The notes under the pieces: model-generated
What the model saw: the letters and a program-made list of their open reading frames with translations, nothing else
The model's database searches: none
What the model was told of the DNA's origin: nothing
In this document: positions 34,401 through 40,217 of the stretch, piece by piece
Numbering within the stretch: position 1 is the stretch's first letter
Layout: each line of letters opens with the position of its first letter
Source: a virus
Lineage: Duplodnaviria > Heunggongvirae > Uroviricota > Caudoviricetes
DNA length: 40,217 nucleotides
Virus record (IMG/VR): IMGVR_UViG_3300042154_003418
Coordinates: 1-40,217 of that record
Reading direction: 5' to 3' (one strand)
Translations under genes and position numbers: made by a program

Positions 34401-36051
34401 AGAGCTAGAAAAACGTGAAAAAGTATTAACCAGTAAAAATATATCAAAAGGTATTAGCAGCGGTGAATTTGAAAAAACTCCAGAAACGTTAAAAGCTTTG
34501 CAAGATCAACAGGGTACTTTTGCAAAAATAGCAGCTATATCTAGTCAACAGCAGATGAACCTTGTTAAAACACAAGCAGATACAGTTGCTGCACAGTTTG
34601 CCAAAACAAAAAATGAAATAGATAATGAACTAAAGCAAGCTATACAAGATCGCGAAACTTACTTAAAAGGTGACGGGTTCCGCAGAGATACCTTAGAAGA
34701 GCAGCAAGACACTATTGCCGCATATACAGCCAACGAAGCAAGACTAAATAAGCAAATATCACTACTGGGCACCCAAGAACAAATAGCTGTTTTTACAAAA
34801 ATACAAATAGAAGCTCAAGGCAAAGGGTATGACAAAATAGCCAAACTAGCAGGCAGTGCTGTTGAAACCGCAAAAACTCAGCTGGGAATATCTTCTGGTC
34901 TTATTGATGCCTCGAACGAAACTAACAAGAATGAAACTGACAGAAAAAACAATCTTGATAGTCAATTAGAAATAATGAAACTTCAAAACATTGCGCTAGA
35001 ACGTGATACAGCACTAACAAAAATTACCGGAGATACTGAGCTGGCTTTGTTAGATATACGTAAACAAGAATTACAGCTAGAGTACGAAAAGGGTATGATT
35101 ACCTTAGATAATTATAACCAACAGCTGGATTCTTTGGGCCAAATTGATCGTGCAAAACAGCGTGAAGCTAAAACAGCTGCACTAGTGCAGAAATATACTA
35201 CAGACGCTTTGGCTTATGCCAAAGAATTAGCTGGTGCAAATACCGCACAAATACCTGAAATACAAGCAAGATTTGCAGCCGTACAACAAATTTATAACGC
35301 CGAATTAGATGGTATTGCCAAAGTGTATACAGCAACAGAAGCACTTGCTGAACAGCAAAAAGCACTACCACAACGCCAACAAGCATACACTGAACTATTT
35401 ATAAGTGCATTTAAATCAATGGAAGACGCAATTGTAGAGTTTACCAAAACCGGTAAGCTAAGCTTTAGCTCTATGATTGAAAGTTTTATAGAAGGCTTAT
35501 TACGTTACGAACTTCAGCAACAACAAGCAATGTTATTTAAAGGGCTGGGCGGAGCTTCAGGTATAGTTGGAGCAGGTATGAACCTGCTAGGTCTTTCTAG
35601 TGGCGCCTATGGAAGCGGATATACTGCCGCGCAACTAGCAACACTACCAAATGCAAAAGGTAATGCCTTTGATTATGGACTTCAAGCATTTGCCAAAGGC
35701 GGTGCATTTACCAACCAAATCGTTGACTCACCAACACTGTTTAAATTTGCTCGCGGCACAGGCTTAATGGGCGAAGCAGGTCCAGAAGCTATTATGCCCC
35801 TAAAGCGTGACAGCAACGGCAACCTTGGAGTTAGTAACCCCGGTGGTGGTGGTGGCAATGTTGAAGTAGTTGTCAACAACTATTCAACTGCACAAGCCGA
35901 AACACGTGAAACAACCGACTCGCGCGGTAATCGTCGTATTGAAGTTATTGTTGGAGATATGGTTGCTCAAGAAGTGGCTAAAACCGGTTCCGCAACACAA
36001 AATGCGTTCTCTAGTACTTATGGTACCAGACCTGCACTAGCAAGGAGATAA
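31417..36051 (+). CDS. Tape measure protein
   Basis: 1544 aa, helical and Ala-rich; N-terminal GGLVRLYATYAANVFA (T5 pb2-like); C-terminal FAKGG...GEAGPEAIMPL. Confidence 0.9.
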   Translation: MATVKINLSLEDTSNSVKARKKDVEDLNKELTKTKQLSTGTQSGSRAVKASLTPGMGGEGTEYGRARGGMGATGAAGRDFANQAQGLGGLVRLYATYAANVFAVSAAFNALSQAMNTTNMVKGLDQLGAASGVALGSLAKRFEQASGGAISLRESMEATAKAVSSGLSQAQFLKLGEVAKKASQALGVGMSDAVSRLTRGITKLEPELLDELGIFTKVGKATEDYARSVGKSANALTDFERRQAFANAVLAEGAQKFGEIKIDTNPYDKLLATLKNVAQSIGEIINVAIVPLVSLLASSPAALTLGIAALGSMIVKQAIPAIGEYRKSLREAAAVSKELAENKLARAEGVAEARRADIKARSEAAAELATTKVQELEDKLRNQSSGRIRKDVQKILAPTRSILDIKDTEIAKLDSIGSKLKTQDNIYKQLAATINEAKNANLAYIKTEKDLEKERQEKPGKASTLGVLRADAERQRKSAAGSEIISKAGDTAAIDGFRVAYAEMIEQIKTEKLGKVRGAITGIAGAANAAITRIGGLVSAFSGWIAVITAVIGAYQMLSGLLSSNAAEQEKLNETLTNGTEAVKALNLTYDKYRTSLSSDAIIATATAFTNLSDNIGSTVKALQEADAKSGVFDRFIDGIKSVFGQDLKSDFERGIAFQVSEGLKGITDPKLKKTAENKLKELLGIQTLTAKAISGALSDIDKSEIIAKGEQIAKVFDAASRAGQKTANTLSAIKDGFTALDRSYTTLSNSITQKDPLTDFGRELAMQGFNLAEAFKDPVASVSALRDILTDVSKLKLLSPESQQILIQSKDAFLSLANSAEFYEKLIVESEKRVKGLEKQRDSRLNKAPIQKQLDREQSDLARFRDRLSDTKAGLQVISKEFARASEESIKKGFELVEGSFSRALAAGVLNNQKALLDYLPKTEGTLSLGVSIENQKLELQKQEILETQRLIKEMELLPIRLEKALLSADIEKLLLTETSGPVRQAARDNPRLKELEKREKVLTSKNISKGISSGEFEKTPETLKALQDQQGTFAKIAAISSQQQMNLVKTQADTVAAQFAKTKNEIDNELKQAIQDRETYLKGDGFRRDTLEEQQDTIAAYTANEARLNKQISLLGTQEQIAVFTKIQIEAQGKGYDKIAKLAGSAVETAKTQLGISSGLIDASNETNKNETDRKNNLDSQLEIMKLQNIALERDTALTKITGDTELALLDIRKQELQLEYEKGMITLDNYNQQLDSLGQIDRAKQREAKTAALVQKYTTDALAYAKELAGANTAQIPEIQARFAAVQQIYNAELDGIAKVYTATEALAEQQKALPQRQQAYTELFISAFKSMEDAIVEFTKTGKLSFSSMIESFIEGLLRYELQQQQAMLFKGLGGASGIVGAGMNLLGLSSGAYGSGYTAAQLATLPNAKGNAFDYGLQAFAKGGAFTNQIVDSPTLFKFARGTGLMGEAGPEAIMPLKRDSNGNLGVSNPGGGGGNVEVVVNNYSTAQAETRETTDSRGNRRIEVIVGDMVAQEVAKTGSATQNAFSSTYGTRPALARR

Positions 36052-36054
36052 AAT

Positions 36055-36423
36055 ATGGCAATTCCAACATGGCCAACAGCCGGCAACTTTCCGCAAAGCC
36101 CCCAAAAGGGGTTTTCGGAAAGCATTGGTGTTAATGTAATACGAACCCAAACCGACATGGGTCCGGCAAAGCAACGTCGCAGAAGCCGTCGTCCAAGTAC
36201 AATGGATGTTAGCTTTATAATGACCACAGCACAGACTCAGACACTGGAAGCTTTTATCAACAATGACTTGCAGGGAGTAAATCGTTTTACATTTACTCAC
36301 CCGCGTCTTTATACCATGATTGATGTTCGCATTGTGCCACAAAGCGATGGCGAATTTTTCAAGCTGCAGTACCTGGCACCAGGCTACTGGCAGACTTCCC
36401 TTAAACTAGAAGTGTTACCATGA
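36055..36423 (+). CDS. Distal tail / minor tail protein
   Basis: WP..FPQ, IRTQTDMGPAKQRRR, FTFTHP; position after TMP. Confidence 0.75.
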   Translation: MAIPTWPTAGNFPQSPQKGFSESIGVNVIRTQTDMGPAKQRRRSRRPSTMDVSFIMTTAQTQTLEAFINNDLQGVNRFTFTHPRLYTMIDVRIVPQSDGEFFKLQYLAPGYWQTSLKLEVLP

Positions 36424-36950
36424 GCAGAATAAGCACACTAAGCGCAGCAGCCGTTCGTGCAATGTTTTCGTCAGAAACGTCAGAAACACTAATAATGCTG
36501 CTTACTATTTATGACCCTGAAACGAGTACTACTCCAGTATTTCGTTTTGCAGACACATATACTGGCAGATTAGCTAGCTTAACCACAGATGCAGAAATTG
36601 TATACGGCGTACCCAGTCGTGGCCAAGACTATGTGTTCTTGCCAATGACCCTAAACCTGCCCAGTGAGCAAGACACAGGGGTTGGTACTTGCTCACTTAC
36701 CTTACAATACGTAACACGCGAAGCAATTGAACTTATTCGCACAGAACTAACAAAACCTGTGCGAGTAGGTATTGAACTTGTATTGAGCGGTACGCCCAAT
36801 ACTGTGGAAGCAAGTTTTCCTGGCTTTTATATTACATCAGCTACGTATAATGCGGATGCGATTACTTTTGAGTTAACAATGATTAACTTATCACGTGAAC
36901 CCTTTCCGTGCTATAATTTTATTCCCAGCTACTTTCCAGGACTATTCTAA
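36420..36950 (+). CDS. Minor tail protein (DUF1833 / lambda gpL-like)
   Basis: LLTIY...FRF...Y.FLPM.L.LP...EPFP...F.P..FPGLF. Confidence 0.75.
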   Translation: MSRISTLSAAAVRAMFSSETSETLIMLLTIYDPETSTTPVFRFADTYTGRLASLTTDAEIVYGVPSRGQDYVFLPMTLNLPSEQDTGVGTCSLTLQYVTREAIELIRTELTKPVRVGIELVLSGTPNTVEASFPGFYITSATYNADAITFELTMINLSREPFPCYNFIPSYFPGLF

Positions 36951-39900
36951 TGGATTACAACAAGTACATAGGGTTACCCTACAAAGACAATGGCAGAGAC
37001 ACAAGTGGCGTAGACTGCTGGGGCTTAGCTCGACTATTTTATCAGCAAGAGCTTGGTATTGAATTACCAAGCTATACGGAGCTGTATGCCGGAGCTCACG
37101 ACCCACAAGTTTCACAAGCCCTTGACGCCTACAAGGACACTTGGCAAGATGTTAGTCATGGTGCTGCAGGTGACCTGTGCTTGTTTAATATTTATGGTGA
37201 ACCAGCACACGTGGGTGTGTACATTGGTGAGCGTAAGTTCCTACACGCTCGCGAGGGCCGCGATAGTGTAGTAGAGTCATTGGACAGCGCACAGTGGTCA
37301 AAGCGTTTTGCAGGATTTTACAAGTATACTGCAAAACCATCTGCTATTCAACTAACCGGAGCACCTCATCCACTGCAAACACAAGTCCTATACGACTGGA
37401 CTGTGGCAGGTACCACTGTTAGTGACTTAGCCAATTTTGTAAAACAAAAGTACTCGGTAAGTGATCGCTTAGCCAGTAAACTGGTTATTTTAATCGACGG
37501 AGTACCTGTTGCACAAGACAGTTGGGACACCACTGTGTTGTGTGAAGGTCAAACAGTTGCATATAAGTGTGTGGCCACAGGTCGTAACGCTACACGACTA
37601 CTGTTAACACTGGCTGTTGTTGTGGTATCTGTTAAGTTTGGCCCCCAAGCTGGTCAAGCATTAGCAGGAGTCGGTGCAAGTGCAACTACTGTTGCAGCAT
37701 ACACTGCTGCAGCTAGCATGGCAATTAATATGGCCGGCATGGCATTAGTAAACGCTATTGCACCTGTGCGTATGCCGGGTCAAAATGCTGACCCTGGCAG
37801 CGCAGCAGGCCTAAACCTGTTTACGGGTGCTAGCAATCAGGCAAGTCGTTTTGGCGCAATTCCTGTGGTGCTGGGAAAAATGCGCGTTACAGGCGTACTT
37901 GGTGCCACTCCTTATGTGGATACCCTAACTGACACAAGCTTGTTAAACTTGTTAATTGTGTGGGGCTACGGTCCACTAAAAGTAGACGATATTTGTGTGG
38001 GCACAAACCCAATCAGCAACTACTACAACAAAAAAGATGACGCTGACCTAGAATTTGCACAAGATATTCCACTGCCTGTTACATTATACGGTAACGCAAC
38101 CGATCCAGGTAGCGCTGCAGAAATTGCATTCAACAAATTGTACGGCCGTGATGTTGAACAGCAGCAAGTTAATATTCAGCTTGTAAACAACTCTGAAGAT
38201 GGTAATCCTTGGCAAGAAGTAGCTTTTGCACAAGACAATACCACAGCAGTTGACTTAGCTTTTACTTTTCCAGAAGGCATGCGTCAACTGGTAATCAGCG
38301 GAGATGCCGCAGGTGCTATACAGCAAGCCACAGCAGCAGTTGAAATTCAACTACGCAAGAAAAAATCTGACGGAACTTGGCCAGCCTGGGCCCCTAGACC
38401 AAGCTATGCTTTTGGTGACTATAGTGCACAAACACCCAACTCTGTGGCCTATAGTGACACATTACTTCCTATTCCTGATAGATTTAGTCCTCAAGAAGGC
38501 ATCTACAAAACTTTAACTCAACGACACGTGTATGCACTAAGCGACACCGGTACAATAGTTAAGTTTAGCGGTGCGGCAGCCGATGACTATAATAGTATAA
38601 GCGAGGAGCTATTATCAGAATATAAATCTGGCAGCTATGCTGGATTAGCTGGCAGTGATGCTGATCAAACAACTTATACCATAAACCCAGTATTACCCTT
38701 AAACGGATATAAAAAAATATGTACTGTAATACAGCAGGGCGGTAGTTTATCTAGTATAGAAAACCACCTGTCTTCGTATACAGGATACTATGGTCTAGAA
38801 GCTAACGCTACTCAACTAAATATATTTAATAGCTATAGTGGAGGAGACGAAGGAGGTAGTTACTATCAAGTAAATAACGGTATAAAAGTGGAAATTAAAA
38901 GTGGGGCAATATACGCACTAACTAGTAATCAACCTGTTGCGGGTCAGTCTGTTGTTGTGTTTAATCGCAGCAATCTTACAACTTATGGAGCAGTTGCAGC
39001 CAACAGTGACAGAGCTTGGTCTAAATTCTTGCAAGAAAACGCAGTATGGTCACCAGGGTCTAGCCCTACATTTGATATGACTGTAAATGTAGAGTTTCCA
39101 TATACTGGATACTACCATGTTGAAGCCAGTGCAGACGATGAAGGCACTGTGTACGTAGACAACCGCCAAGTTGTTGGAATACCAATTCCTGGATTTGCAA
39201 GCACCGTTAGTAACTTAGTGTATTTAGAGGAAGGTACTTATCCTGTTAGAGTTTTTGCAAAAAATAGTGGTGGTCCGGCCGGAATAGCTTGTACTATTAC
39301 TTTTAATGAAAACGGTGGCCTAAATAATCTACCAACGCCAGACACTATTTTGGTATTTGGTACTCCTGGATTTTATCACAAACGCAAAGATGCTTTTAAC
39401 TTTGTTTACAAGATCAAAAACTTGTCACAAGGATTTTACGAAGCACGAGTACGTCGTGTAAATGACGATGTAACAGAGCCCGAAAGTTCTCTGAGAAATT
39501 ATAATAAGGTTGCACTACTAAGTGCTACAGCCTATGGTAATGCAATTGACCCGATTACTAACCTGCCGCAGGGGCCAATTAATAAAATACCAAACACTAA
39601 CTTAGCAAAAACAGCTATACGTATACAAAGTACCAGCAAAGCCAACGGTAGTATTGATGGTGTAAATGCCTTAGTACAAACCATATGCCAAGACTGGGAT
39701 CCGTATATGGGGTGGACTCCCAAAGCTACAAGTAATCCTGCTAGTTTATTTGTTTATGTACTAACACATCCTGGCAATGCTTACCGCATTAAAGCACAAG
39801 ATGTTGAGTCTCAAATAGACTTACCAACAATACAAAATTGGCATGGGTACTGTAAAAATCTCAAGTTTGAGTTTAATAGCGTAATTACGCAAACTCAAAG

Positions 39901-40217
39901 CGTAATGGACGTATTACGAGATATTTGTGCAGCAGGTAAAGCTAGTCCAAGTTATGTTGATGGTAAGTGGACTGTTGTGGTTGACCAAGCTCGTCCATAT
40001 GTTACACAGCATTTTACGCCTCACAATAGTTGGGGCTTTGAATCTACCAAATTACTACCAAGGCTGCCGGACGCGTTCCGCGTTACTTTTGCTAACAGCG
40101 ACAAAGCCTATCAAGCAGATGAAATTTTAGTATTTAATTTTGGCAAAACCAAAGCCACAGCAGAAGTATTTGAAGAACTTAGTCTGCCTGGTGTAACCAA
40201 CGCCAAGCAAGCAAAAC
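36950..40217 (+). CDS. Tail tip protein: NlpC/P60 domain fused to gpI-like and gpJ-like domains (truncated by the window end)
   Basis: Not in the track because incomplete; ATG overlaps the upstream stop; YIGLPY..GR...G.DCWGL, HVGVY, LHA, then RFGAIPVVLG, LIVWGYGP, FTFPEG, SNPA...YVL. Confidence 0.88.
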   Translation, partial: MDYNKYIGLPYKDNGRDTSGVDCWGLARLFYQQELGIELPSYTELYAGAHDPQVSQALDAYKDTWQDVSHGAAGDLCLFNIYGEPAHVGVYIGERKFLHAREGRDSVVESLDSAQWSKRFAGFYKYTAKPSAIQLTGAPHPLQTQVLYDWTVAGTTVSDLANFVKQKYSVSDRLASKLVILIDGVPVAQDSWDTTVLCEGQTVAYKCVATGRNATRLLLTLAVVVVSVKFGPQAGQALAGVGASATTVAAYTAAASMAINMAGMALVNAIAPVRMPGQNADPGSAAGLNLFTGASNQASRFGAIPVVLGKMRVTGVLGATPYVDTLTDTSLLNLLIVWGYGPLKVDDICVGTNPISNYYNKKDDADLEFAQDIPLPVTLYGNATDPGSAAEIAFNKLYGRDVEQQQVNIQLVNNSEDGNPWQEVAFAQDNTTAVDLAFTFPEGMRQLVISGDAAGAIQQATAAVEIQLRKKKSDGTWPAWAPRPSYAFGDYSAQTPNSVAYSDTLLPIPDRFSPQEGIYKTLTQRHVYALSDTGTIVKFSGAAADDYNSISEELLSEYKSGSYAGLAGSDADQTTYTINPVLPLNGYKKICTVIQQGGSLSSIENHLSSYTGYYGLEANATQLNIFNSYSGGDEGGSYYQVNNGIKVEIKSGAIYALTSNQPVAGQSVVVFNRSNLTTYGAVAANSDRAWSKFLQENAVWSPGSSPTFDMTVNVEFPYTGYYHVEASADDEGTVYVDNRQVVGIPIPGFASTVSNLVYLEEGTYPVRVFAKNSGGPAGIACTITFNENGGLNNLPTPDTILVFGTPGFYHKRKDAFNFVYKIKNLSQGFYEARVRRVNDDVTEPESSLRNYNKVALLSATAYGNAIDPITNLPQGPINKIPNTNLAKTAIRIQSTSKANGSIDGVNALVQTICQDWDPYMGWTPKATSNPASLFVYVLTHPGNAYRIKAQDVESQIDLPTIQNWHGYCKNLKFEFNSVITQTQSVMDVLRDICAAGKASPSYVDGKWTVVVDQARPYVTQHFTPHNSWGFESTKLLPRLPDAFRVTFANSDKAYQADEILVFNFGKTKATAEVFEELSLPGVTNAKQAK

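Noticed and set aside
22792-40130. Short antisense or alternate-frame ORFs inside structural genes (e.g. 25848, 28053, 32860, 36037, 37053, 38304, 39532, 39927)
   Set aside because: They lie entirely within long, motif-supported structural CDSs

Overview
Fragment of a large T5-like (Demerecviridae-related) siphophage genome with sigma70-type promoters throughout; the host cannot be determined from sequence. 1-12 kb: early genes, mostly on +, including UvsE, a dATP/dGTP diphosphohydrolase, a SleB-like hydrolase, a metallophosphoesterase, ThyX, many small hypotheticals, a MazG-like protein and T5 D2/D3-like genes. 12.0-14.0 kb: about 2 kb with no credible ORF. It appears to encode a ~1.4-kb, heavily base-paired minus-strand RNA with a consensus type I hammerhead ribozyme core, two tandem domains each closed by a perfect 18-bp stem plus a shared 15-nt handle, and an array of repeated hairpins. 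14-21 kb: an AT-rich pre-early (first-step-transfer-like) region with all genes on minus (three A2-like paralogs, Dmp, DEDDh exonuclease, SprT, SemiSWEET-like, acidic peptides including an SSB C-terminal mimic, no A1). It is interleaved with repeated plus-strand TTGACA-N18-TATAAT-TTGGCGC promoter/palindrome cassettes that point against the genes. About 21.1-21.2 kb: a G-quadruplex-like tract before terS, near the probable genome-end junction. 21.2-40.2 kb: T5-like packaging, head and tail genes, with a protease-capsid fusion, a -1 frameshift tail chaperone, and a lambda-type tail tip (NlpC/P60-I-J fusion) that runs off the window. Protein family calls come from recalled motifs and by-eye comparison; no database search was run.
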